NCBI GenBank assembly: GCA_040954595.2
Contig: CM082597.2
Location: 7,708,343-7,772,342 of the forward strand
Direction: 5' to 3'
Length of the DNA stretch: 64,000 nt
Origin: Balanoglossus misakiensis
Lineage: Eukaryota; Animalia; Hemichordata
Below are positions 53,501 to 62,640 of the stretch, one piece after another. The stretch's first letter is position 1, and every line of letters starts with the position of its first letter. Below the pieces are notes generated by a model. It was given only the letters and a program-made list of their open reading frames with translations, had not been told where the DNA came from and made no database searches. A program made the position numbers and the translations under genes.

Positions 53501-54693
53501 GATGAAAACCACTCGGCGTTACTAAGGTTATCAAGCGTATCCAATACCCGGGGTAATGCGTATGCGTCTTTAATGGTTTTGGCGTTGAGACGTCTATAAT
53601 CAATACACACCCTCAGCTTCCCATCAGGTTTTCTGACACATACAACATTTGAGGACCACGGGCTGTTTGATTCTCTAATCACACCACTCTGTAGCATATC
53701 TTGCAGGTACTGTTGCAATTCTTCGTACATACCCATAGGGATTCGACGGTATTTATCTTTAAAGGGGGTTTCATCCGTTAACTTTATCGAATGTGTTACC
53801 AATGTTGTGTGTCCCAAATCTCTCTCACCTGTAGAGAACACGGTTTGCCATTTACCAATGGTAGCCAAGGCTTGGTCTTTCTGGATTTCTGTTAATTCTG
53901 TATCTGCCTCTTGTAATCCCAGGTCTTTTATCAGCCACTCGGGTACTTTTGGTGAGGTGGTCCCATCTGAGTTTGTATCAATATCATCTCCATATGGATC
54001 TAAAGGCTGTGAGACATTAGATGCTAAGTTCATGTTACATAGGGTGCTTTTAGGGGGAACTGTGACAGCATGTGCTCCATAGTTGGTCACCATTACTGGG
54101 ATTCGACACGAATTACCACGAGGCTCTAACTTCAACACGGCTGGAGTAACAAGTAAACCACCAGGTAAAAGTCTGTCATTTTCTGGTTCCACCACAACTA
54201 CTGATTGACAATTTCTTAGGTCCACTCTGCAAAATCCATGGATGACTGTGCGTTCGTATGGTCCAATGGTTGTGGGTTTAGTAGTGGTAACTGTAAATGT
54301 CCTACCTTCGGCCCTCTGCCGGTGGATAGTCGCTTGGTATGCTAGTCTCCATACTGGGGATAGGTCTGTACTGTACTGTGTATCTTCATCCACAAAATGT
54401 TGGAGAACATTTGTGCCTATCACAACTGGAACCATCTGATTATATTCCGTGTCTTCAACAACAAGCAATAATATATCTTTAGACATCTCTTGTCCATGGC
54501 TATCTGGGAATTTCACTTCAACTTCAATATAACCAAGGTAAGGAACTTCTGTACCACTAGCCCCTTCTACCTTCACCAAGTTGTTCAGGTCATGAATTGG
54601 TTTCTGTAGCTTCTCTCTGTTAAAAGTGTCAGCAACAGTAGATACCATGGACCCGGTGTCTATCAGCGCAATACACGAGGATCCTTCCAACAC
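50545..54693 (-). CDS. pol: Pol polyprotein (protease, RT, RNase H, integrase)
   Basis: LIDTGS protease, YLDD RT, TDAS RNase H, HHCC, D,D35E integrase (IDFL, HSDQG, GMCERFN); the frame stays open up to the gag overlap at about 54804. Confidence 0.97.
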   Translation of the reverse strand: MLEGSSCIALIDTGSMVSTVADTFNREKLQKPIHDLNNLVKVEGASGTEVPYLGYIEVEVKFPDSHGQEMSKDILLLVVEDTEYNQMVPVVIGTNVLQHFVDEDTQYSTDLSPVWRLAYQATIHRQRAEGRTFTVTTTKPTTIGPYERTVIHGFCRVDLRNCQSVVVVEPENDRLLPGGLLVTPAVLKLEPRGNSCRIPVMVTNYGAHAVTVPPKSTLCNMNLASNVSQPLDPYGDDIDTNSDGTTSPKVPEWLIKDLGLQEADTELTEIQKDQALATIGKWQTVFSTGERDLGHTTLVTHSIKLTDETPFKDKYRRIPMGMYEELQQYLQDMLQSGVIRESNSPWSSNVVCVRKPDGKLRVCIDYRRLNAKTIKDAYALPRVLDTLDNLSNAEWFSSLDLRSGYYQVEMAEDDKAKTAFTVGNFGLFEFNRMSMGLTNAPATFQRLMEKCFGELAFRECCVYLDDIIVFSKTFEDHLNRLERVFKRLASHGLKLKATKCVLFQKKVKYLGHVVSADGITTDPDKVAALKEWPIPTTVTELRRFLGFAGYYRRFIQSYSNIAKPLNDLLCGRQSRNKAGKFEKLQWGQQEQQAFDTLRKSLMSSPILAFADYSLPFEIHTDASSTGLGAVLYQRQKGILRVIAYASRGLTKSESNYPAHKLEFLALKWAVTKKFNDYLYGSKFTVFTDNNPLTYVLTSAKLDAVGHRWLSDLSLYDFSIVYRSGKKNIEADALSRIPWNRENPETETNLGADVVQALCRATEGPYVTSFGMVADEDRPAVVQGGDDVFWKTEQSKDSTIWYVTDQFEKDHKPLMRDHTGDIRLLIRDWKRLVLKNGVLYRKCFIDDIQYLQLVLPVHHRKDVLEELHDKLGHFGQDKTLDLVRRRFYWPRMSMDVQKKVEHCLPCIRRKSSTSLPRTPLVNIHTSQPMEMVCIDFLHIPTPDQGYSNILVMTDHFTRYAIAVPTKNQSAKTTAKALFEHLILHYGFPGRLHSDQGRNFESSTIQELCRIANIKKSRTTPYHPQGNGMCERFNKTLLQMLGTMNEDNKTRWASHVNTMVHAYNSTKHESTGYSPFFLMFGREPRLPIDVSGHADQTNLEYGGTVSDYVTKLAERLDYAYKVATERSVKSGERQKKSYDRKVKVAIIQPGDTVLVKNTGPEDNYKLADQWEKDPYTVISQPIEDIPVYVVQKQVKGGRKRTLHRNLLLPIPIIPDELDDDVNTKMTQRDVKQSVPGVINDATQDAVDEEDDGIGKLQFVSTINLPTEHNALNPTAAEFIPSRRESSLMDNPTSMVNPDGPSQVLTSDFSNHILQSTDGWSSSDPDGITPATTNISPDSSSSTQPEPRYPTRQRRPPDRYSPEQWNLKQFAHTTLSSIPFINCHY

Positions 54694-54761
54694 AATCTCA
54701 GTTTCATTGGCGTGGCCTATTAAAGAATCAATAACATTAGAGGGACTGTTACCGTTCCGAC

Positions 54762-56255
54762 CTAGCGCATGTCCCTCCGGATGCCTGGTCGCTCCCCATT
54801 TAAAGGACAGTCTGTCTTTTTGTGTCCATGTTCACCACACTTGAAGCAGTTGCCTGGGAAAACTTGTTTGGGTTGGCGAGTTCCATCGTTGCCACGCCGA
54901 TCCCGGCCATTTTCATTGTTGACACGTCGGCGAAAAGTAGACTCTGGAGTTGATGATGTTGAAGTTCGCTTCTCTAGTTCAGCAACCTTCTCAGCTAAGT
55001 TCTTCAGACCTTTGGTAAGTTCCTCCAATTTGGTTATCATCGTCTTGTCAGCAACAGTTGCTTGGTGAACCCTGGTAGTGGTCTCCCTATTTACTTCAAG
55101 CTTTCTTGCGGCTAGCAACAATCCTGAATAATCTTCTCCCGTATCATATCGGTGTCTGATTGCATTCTTAATGTGCTCATCTGACAGGCCAGAAAAGAAT
55201 TTGGTTCGAAGCATGGTTTCTTCTGAATTACTAGAGATGGACTGACCTGATCTGAGTTCATCCAAAAGTCCTTCGATGCGACAGGCCCATTCTGCTACCT
55301 TTTCTGTCTTCGTTTGTCGTGCTGTATAGAATTTTTCCAAAACTGCTTCCGGTGGCAATACTTTCCCAAAGACCATGTCCATCTTCGCCATCAATCGGGA
55401 CACTGTGATGTCTTCTCCCATATGTAGTAGGACTTCAGCAGCGGACGCTCGTAGGGATTTCCGAACAGCCTGCATAATTATGGTCTCCGGAAACACATTC
55501 TCCCTCTGTAGTGCTCGAACTTCATATCGCCACATTTCGTAAGTGACATCACCTTTGCCAGAGAAGACGACTATTCTTGGGAATTCCACCGAGTGAAAAG
55601 CAGTAGTGGCTGTGGCTGGCTGTGCAGCAGCTGCTTGGGCAGGTGAAGACATAATAAATGGTGAAGAATCTGCAACTGAAGTTGGTACTGGAAATGCTGG
55701 AAATGGAATCGGCTGTGGCATAGGGGTTGATACGATTGGTTTCAGTGGAGCAGGTGATATGGCCTGTGCAACCGCTTTCCTATCTGCTTCAGACAGTAAA
55801 CTCAACATGTTAATAATTTCCTGTACATCTGCTTTGGGTTTGGATGTCTTGGGATCACTGGTTTCATTGTAATCTAGGCCAGTACTTTGTTCGGTTTCCT
55901 CAATTAAATGCCACAGTTCCAACCCTCGGGCTGTGGTCACACGACTTGCCCGTAATTTGCTTTCTTCAAAAGTGCTTTTATGTATTACTGGCAGAGCGGC
56001 TGTGGCTGATTCTATATTCTCAAATATGACAAAAGCGGAATCTTTATCAGAAATATAAATTTGATCAACCTGGGCCAAACCAAGCTGTAACTCGATAAAT
56101 TCTCTAAAATGTTTCTTTGTACATTCAAAAGGCAAGTGTTGCACATAAATGCTTCGCTCTTGAATTGATATTTTGGACACAGCCATTTTTTTTTCCATAA
56201 AATGAGAGGCAATTTGGGAGGACTCTGACGTGTCGTTAAATACGATGCAATTCAA
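54762..56255 (-). CDS. gag: Gag: N-terminal RRM-like domain, PNMA-like capsid, CCHC knuckle
   Basis: IYVQHLP/AFVIF RNP-like motifs; FSG...YEMWRYEV...AVRKSLR capsid; CFKCGEHGHKKTDC. The true start codon is uncertain. Confidence 0.88.
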   Translation of the reverse strand: MNCIVFNDTSESSQIASHFMEKKMAVSKISIQERSIYVQHLPFECTKKHFREFIELQLGLAQVDQIYISDKDSAFVIFENIESATAALPVIHKSTFEESKLRASRVTTARGLELWHLIEETEQSTGLDYNETSDPKTSKPKADVQEIINMLSLLSEADRKAVAQAISPAPLKPIVSTPMPQPIPFPAFPVPTSVADSSPFIMSSPAQAAAAQPATATTAFHSVEFPRIVVFSGKGDVTYEMWRYEVRALQRENVFPETIIMQAVRKSLRASAAEVLLHMGEDITVSRLMAKMDMVFGKVLPPEAVLEKFYTARQTKTEKVAEWACRIEGLLDELRSGQSISSNSEETMLRTKFFSGLSDEHIKNAIRHRYDTGEDYSGLLLAARKLEVNRETTTRVHQATVADKTMITKLEELTKGLKNLAEKVAELEKRTSTSSTPESTFRRRVNNENGRDRRGNDGTRQPKQVFPGNCFKCGEHGHKKTDCPLNGERPGIRRDMR

Positions 56256-57248
56256 GCTATTTCACTGGAAAATCTTAACAATAATATCAGTATCTACTGG
56301 CATAGCACATACGTTAACAGGGAATGAAATAAGCATAGAATAGCTTACAGACACTGCCAAAGGTTCTATAGAGACTAATGTATGATTTGGATGAATACGA
56401 CCATTCATGGACAGTCTCAATAATAATGAAACAACTAAATAACTAATACAATAATAAACTAACTCAAGTCAATATACAATATTTAACTTATAACTTAATA
56501 TTTTTTTTTTTTTTAACAAGTGCTGACAATTTTTTTTTCCCACGTCGTTTGGAAAATAATGAACTGAAATTTACAAAGAAAATTTATACTTCAGCACTTA
56601 ACCAAAATATACTGTTGAAAGAAAATAATTTTTTTTTTTTTTTTTTTTTAAAGCAGGCTAAAGGCAACAAAACATGGGTTTATATCCACATGGAGCCCAC
56701 TTCAACAATTAAATCAAAGTAAAAACTACTTTGACCACATTGCATTATATAGACAATATTGAAATTTCTAAGAAAAATTTACAAACATTACGTTACACCA
56801 GGTTCTACGGCGAATAACCAGAAAGTTCGTTTGCAATAAAATACCCAGTCCACAAGTTCAAGTCCGAAGTTATCACAGATGGAAACTATGCGCCACGGAC
56901 GGAATTTATGCGCACTGTCTATAGTTCGCACGGGATAACACTGTCAAGTTCTGGACACACAATACCTTGTATACCGCGATGAACACTTCACACTAAACAG
57001 TTCCGGCCGGTAACAGTTCAGCGACTTCACCACTTGGCACTCTGCAGAGAATTTTCCTCGCCGTTGACGCTTGGACCTGGCTCCCGTCTGTCTGCAGTCC
57101 GGGTGGCTCCCCAAGGACGTCCAGCTCAGCGAAAGACACACCTGGTTGGGCGTTGTCCGTTGTCCAGACACTTCTGACCAGTTAAAACATGGCACTTGTC
57201 AGTATCATCCTCTCCGTCCCGAAAAAAGAACTTGCGTAGGAATTGCCA

Positions 57249-57267
57249 AATCCTGCCGACTACGCCA
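57249..57267 (-). other. Primer-binding site complementary to tRNA-Ser 3' end
   Basis: Minus strand TGGCGTAGTCGGCAGGATT; plus strand AATCCTGCCGACTACGCCA matches the known 3' end of eukaryotic tRNA-Ser plus CCA. Confidence 0.85.
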
Positions 57268-57269
57268 TT

Positions 57270-57911
57270 TGTCACGGTTGTCGCCGTTCATTCCAACATA
57301 TTCACACCAAACAGGTTACGGGTAACAAAGACATAGGCCTTACATTTAATAACTGAAATGGAACAAATACATGTCAGTTCCAACGTGTGTGGCCGGTCTG
57401 GCTACAGAGGTGAACTGCTAAATTACACACATGTATGGGAGTTCACCTCCAACAGAATACACCAAAATTCATGCAAGTGAAAAATATAGACATACAATTG
57501 GAAAATTGACGCAAGTTAAAGACACCAATTACTTGTGCTGAAATGAGTCGGTAGAATGCACCAAAATACAAAGCTTCAAGCAACAGGTAAGGTACAAGGA
57601 AACTAACCTGAAATGGAACAAATACATGTCAGTTCCAACGTGTGTGGCCGGTCTGGCTACAGAGGTGAACTGACCAATTTTATGCACCATGTCCTTTTAT
57701 ATCAGCAATTACATCATAGTGCCAGATTAGCTTGTGTTCATTGGTCAAATGAAACTTCCAGGTGGTTTGCATATAATTAAGATCAACCAATTGAAGGTAA
57801 GTACTATTACGTCATATGAATAATTGAATAACTAATTACTACAAGATACAGGTATAACATACATACAGATATACATGTATACAAATTCAATGGATCAACA
57901 AGGCCGTTACA
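57270..57911 (-). repeat. 5' LTR
   Basis: Direct repeat of 49844-50485, followed on the minus strand by AA and the PBS. Confidence 0.95.
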
Positions 57912-58400
57912 CACAGTTTTCTATATCCACTAGATATGTTCAACTAAGCTATAATTCATTAAAGCCCTAGTATTTCTCGTGTTTATCCATTTTTCATCAT
58001 CGAAAATTGCCTGATTTTCCTGTACATTCATCAAGGAATACTACATAATGAAGATATAAGAAAGGTTTGGGCATTTGTAGCTACATGTACATGCAAGCAG
58101 TAAATATTGCCCGTAACACTTGAAATGATGCGCGGGTTTGTTTACGTTGCATTCCGTATATCAACAGAGCTCATATTGTAAATTGTATGTAAATTGTATT
58201 TGTTAATGAAATAAGAGAACACGAAAATTAATACTCGCAAAACAGTGGCCTCTCTCGATATTGCGAAAATTTCAACTCGCGAAAATAAAGTGTTCTTCAG
58301 TATGTCCGGACTGTGTTGCATGAATAGATGTGTGTAGTAGCTGTTGCTGACCAATTGCAAAAGAAATCAAAGACTTTCGAAGCTTGATGAAACGACTTAC

Positions 58401-58583
58401 CCTGACATGAGGGACAGCACATATCTTCATCTTGGAATGGAAACATGCAGTTCACCTGACAGCTGATTGGTTGACAGTTGACATTACCAGATGTACAAAC
58501 TGTACATGTACACTCACTGCAGCTATCTAGTAATGATGGGAATACAGCACCATCTCTGTGATTTTCACCACCATATGTACAAC
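58401..58583 (-). pseudogene. KCP: KCP-like exon, full VWC with 3-aa insertion
   Basis: GCTYGGENHRDGAVFPSLLDSCSECTCT(VCT)SGNVNCQPISCQVNC...MCCPSCQ. Confidence 0.85.
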
Positions 58584-59202
58584 CTATCAAATAAAAATGC
58601 ACGTCACAATAAGTATTTTTATGGACACTTTCACATTTGGAGGTCAAGGCTATTCATGACAAGAAATATTCTATTGCCTACATATGTAAGATGCTAGAAA
58701 AGTTAAATGGCGATGATATACAAATGTACATGTGTGCCAAACCAGAATCTCTGGTGGCAAAATTTGTATACAATCAATGGCATGAGGCAGTGTGCTGTCC
58801 AACAACAGACAAGATGGTGGCGACCATAGTCTGTGTTGGAGATCGGGGAAAAGACAGCAAATTGGGGGAAAAGGGACAAAAGCACAGTCTACTTAAACAG
58901 TGCACATGAAATATGGAAGGAAGCGAAGGCAGTCCACTATTTGAAAGTGTTGATTTGGATTGGATGTAATGTTTGTACACACAAAATTAAGCAGATGAGC
59001 ATAAGATGATCGTCAAGCTTTAAAGGAAACCACCTTTAAGACTGAGACATTTAACAACTTCCTTGCAAATTACATGTAAGTCCAACCAACTGAGCAAGTC
59101 CACCATAACACATCCAAAACATGTAAATTGGATCAGGCACACCATTAGTAACACTTGGACTAGTATTTTGATGAAAGGGTTAATTTTACTTTTGTGACTT
59201 AC

Positions 59203-59296
59203 CATTACAATCTGGGCATCATTGATTTTGTATGACAATTGGATTGTTACATGACTCTGTACATGTGACAGTGGTACATGTTATCTGACCATCAAT
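59203..59296 (-). pseudogene. KCP: KCP-like exon, VWC second half with in-frame TGA
   Basis: IDGQITCTTVTCTESCNNPIVIQNQ*CPDCN; the stop replaces the first Cys of the CC pair. Confidence 0.85.
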
Positions 59297-59629
59297 CTAA
59301 AGAGGAAAAATCACAAAGATCTTAGAACGGTTGTGTACAGTTTATATTTCACAAAGTTCTCCAACTTTGTTCTATGGTTGCTGCAAATGACTACTGTAAA
59401 ACACTTTATTCTCGCGAGTTGAAATTTTCGCAATATCGAGAGAGGCCACTGTTTCGCGAGTATTAATTGTCGCGTTCTCTTATTTCATTCACTGCATCGT
59501 TATCTTTAAAAAAATTACGCGACCTTTTATTTTCACGCTATTTTGGCTCTCGCGTATTTGGCGAACTGTGGAGAATTTGACCAATCAGGAAACTTGTTAG
59601 ACATGTGCTACTGTGTTCTGTGTTGTTAC

Positions 59630-59824
59630 CTGACAAGTACACCTCTGGCACGGATCATTCCTCTTAAACCACGTCTATCCAAATGGATAGCTGATTCCGG
59701 AAGCATCTATACATCCTGGAAGTTGGTTGCACGTCGGGCAGCATTGTCCGGGCAGGAATGTCTGAAACTCGATTGCACAGGGAAGTTCTGGACACAGTAC
59801 AGGTTCACATCCTATTTGTCCATC
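59630..59824 (-). pseudogene. KCP: KCP-like exon, VWC/VWC with in-frame TAG
   Basis: DGQIGCEPVLCPELPC...GQCCPTCNQLPGCIDASGISYPFG*TWFKRNDPCQRCTCQ. Confidence 0.87.
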
Positions 59825-60002
59825 CTGTAATTAAACAATTGCAGATTGCTTCTGATGCAATAAGGCCAACATAAATAATTCTTTGTTTTGCGTCTATTCA
59901 TAAGGTACTAAACTAATGCCAAGTTGCACAATGATCACTTCACAGATGATGCTGAAATCATTGTGGACATACATGTGCATGGATGGAAGGACAGACAGAC
60001 CT

Positions 60003-62640
60003 CTATAGGGGGAACTGGGTTGAGAGGGTGAATAGACATGTACTTAGGTATAATTGGTTGTCATCTGCATATTGGTGAAATTCCAGGTGATGTTGACGAA
60101 TAAGTTTCCCTAATGGAGAGATGTATATGGTGAACAAAAGTGGTCCGAGGACTGACCCTTGTGGTACGCCACACTGAAGAAGACGGGGTTTACTGGTGAC
60201 ATTTCCAATAATTACTGACTGATGTCTGTCCATGAGATACGATTCGAACCATTTGAGGGCGACATCTGTAATGCCAAGGTCCGAGAGCCGGTTTAACAGT
60301 AAGCTGTGGTCAATGGTGTCAAATGCAGCTGAAAGATCCAAAAGGACAAATATGACACACTTTCCGGAGTCGAGAGACATGCAAATGTCGTCATGAACTT
60401 TCAGGAGAGCGGTTTCAGTACTGTGGTATTGTCTGTATGCAGATTGTAGTGGTTCCAATAGTGAGTTAGCAGTGAGTTGAGTGGCTATAACTTTTTCCAG
60501 GACTTTAGCGAGGAATGGTAGATTTGAGACTGGACGGTAGTTCTTAAGGATGTTAATGTCCAGAGAAGCTTTCTTGAGTAACGGGGTGACAAAGGCAGAC
60601 TTGAATGCTGTGGGTACTTGTCCAGATTGAAGAGAGAGGTTTATTGTCGCAGTTATGTACTGAAGTAGTGTATCTAGGCATTTCTTTAGTATCGAAGTTG
60701 GAAGTGGATCAAGGCAACATGATTTGGTAGGTGACTGCATGATGAGAGTTTTTATTTCTTCTGCTTTTGCTTGGTTGAATGATGAAAATATGGTCGTAGT
60801 ATTGGTTTCTGTATTGATGATCTGTGGGATGTAATTAGTGAAGTTCAGGTTGTCACGAATAATCTTGATCTTGCTTATAAAATAGTCACTGAAACGTTCT
60901 GTGAGTTCACCAGTGTAGTATGGTCAGGAAGAGATTGTGAATGCTTGGTACAAAGTGTAGAAACTAGTTTAAACAGTGATCGCTGGTTATTGGCATTCTC
61001 AGATATGAGGTCGGAATAGTAGTCACGTTTGGCCTGGCGTATTAATTTGGTCACGTGAAGACACTGTTCTTTGTAGATTTGGCGGTGGATTTCTAGCTTG
61101 GTGTTACGCCATTTACGCTCGGCAGATCTTCTATCCGTCTTTGCTTGTTTAATAGTAGCATTATACCATCTGGTGTCTGGACGAACAGTGACAGTGCGTT
61201 TCTTTACTGGTGCATGTATATCAAGAAGAGCAGACAGTTTTGAATCATAGGTCGATATGGCTTTATGAATATTTGATGGCAGGTGAAGAAAGTCGGGAAT
61301 GGACGCAACATCATTGATGAAATCACTCATTGGGATAGCAGATATGCATCGATGTGTGACTTGGCGTCTTTCAAGCGGTGGTTTCTAAAATACCAGCCTT
61401 GCATGAATTGGAAAGTGATCTGAAAGACTGTGGCAATCGATGGATATTGCTTTGATGACTTTTTCAGAATTAGTAATTATCAGGTCGAGGGTGTGGCCTT
61501 TTACATGTGTTGAGTCGCTTATCCATTGCTTTAAACCAAATGAGTCGATGAGATCTTTGAACTTCACAGCTGTAGCATTGTGCGGATCATCCAGATGCAA
61601 GTTGAAGTCGCCAACAATGAACAGGTTGCCTGTATTTGGAACAAGCTTTTCAAGTGTATTTCCAAACTCCGTTAGGTATTGCGATGTTGTAAATTTGTTT
61701 TTGTTATTCGGGGGTGGGCGATAGACGATGAGCAGTTTCAGAGAAATTCCTTTGTGCTGTACAGTAGCTTCTGTTGCTTCAAACGAATCAACGTTTTTCA
61801 ATGGTTTCCAGGCAGTAATTTTCATCGAAGATTTGTGTAACAGTGCTATGCCGCCGCCGGAAGATGTAATACGCGGTGTTTGGTGAAACGAGTAGCCATT
61901 TGGGGTACATTCATTGATGACGGTTTGATTAGGATTTTCTGTTAACCAAATTTCTGTCAGTGCCAGCAAATCAATATCACGATCAATGACATACTCACTC
62001 ACTTCAAGTGCTTTGTTGCAGATAGATCGGATGTTCCACGTAGAAAGCAATAGGTTGCACTGTCTCTGAATTCGTTTGCATTGACTGATCGCAGCTGAAT
62101 TCACTGGAATCTGGATCAAATTTTTGAAGTTGACTCTGTTCAATGAAGTACCAGACCATTGTTCGGCCCTGGAGAAAGGTGTTGATGTAATTACGCGAAT
62201 GGACCTCATTTTGTTAGTGCCTGCCCTAGTTCCTCTATGTGTCGGTGGTCTTCGCTGTAGATTTAATGATTTGATGGTCTTCCAGGTTGAGCTGGGCAAT
62301 CTACCATTGTGAATGGTTGGTGCGGTGTTTAGCAGATGGAGAAGGAATCCAGAGTACCTCATTATTATTCAGTGTGAATCATACTTAACGCCTTGAAGAC
62401 AAAAGAAAACTTTTGTAGTGCAGTGAAAGCTCAGAAGTCCTCAGCAAGTATACCGTATCGTTTGGTGTATTCCCTGATTTTGGCCTCAGCAAAATGATAA
62501 TCCAATTTCTGACTGGGTCAGCGTGATCCTTAGTAGTTCATAGAGTTGATGCTTGAAAATCCGGTTCGCTGGTGGTCCCAACAGTTATAAAAAAACGGAA
62601 AAAAGACGGAGGCTGTGCGGAGGCTGCCGACAAGGCGCTC
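60003..62640 (-). mobile_element. L2/CR1-group LINE (APE endonuclease + RT), frameshifted and 3'-truncated
   Basis: WNIRS, LTEIW, GDFN, SDH endonuclease motifs; YRPVSNL, LDLSAAFD, GVPQGSVLGP, YADD RT motifs; ends shortly after YADD. Confidence 0.92.

Larger units (their letters stand above)
49844..57911 (-). mobile_element. Full-length Ty3/Gypsy LTR retrotransposon
   Basis: Two 642-bp TG...CA LTRs, tRNA PBS, intact gag and pol with PR-RT-RH-IN order. Confidence 0.96.
35784..59824 (-). pseudogene. KCP: Kielin/chordin-like (KCP/BMPER-crossveinless-2 family) locus, probably pseudogenised; 5' part likely beyond window
   Basis: About 9-10 VWC repeats then VWD (GDPH, LCGLCGNFN), C8 and TIL, which is the KCP architecture. 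In-frame TAG at 59675-59677, TGA at 59219-59221, phase break after the C8 exon, one missing exon. Confidence 0.78.

Noticed and set aside
50601-56212. Short overlapping and antisense ORFs inside gag/pol
   Set aside because: They are shadow frames of a long coding region with no independent motifs.
59219-59221. Selenocysteine (TGA at a Cys position)
   Set aside because: The neighbouring exon has a TAG stop and the locus has other lesions; I recognised no SECIS. Decay is the simpler explanation.
35784-59824. Calling the locus BMPER/crossveinless-2 or a mucin/VWF
   Set aside because: More than five VWC repeats precede a single terminal VWD-C8-TIL, which fits KCP better; orthology still needs a tree.
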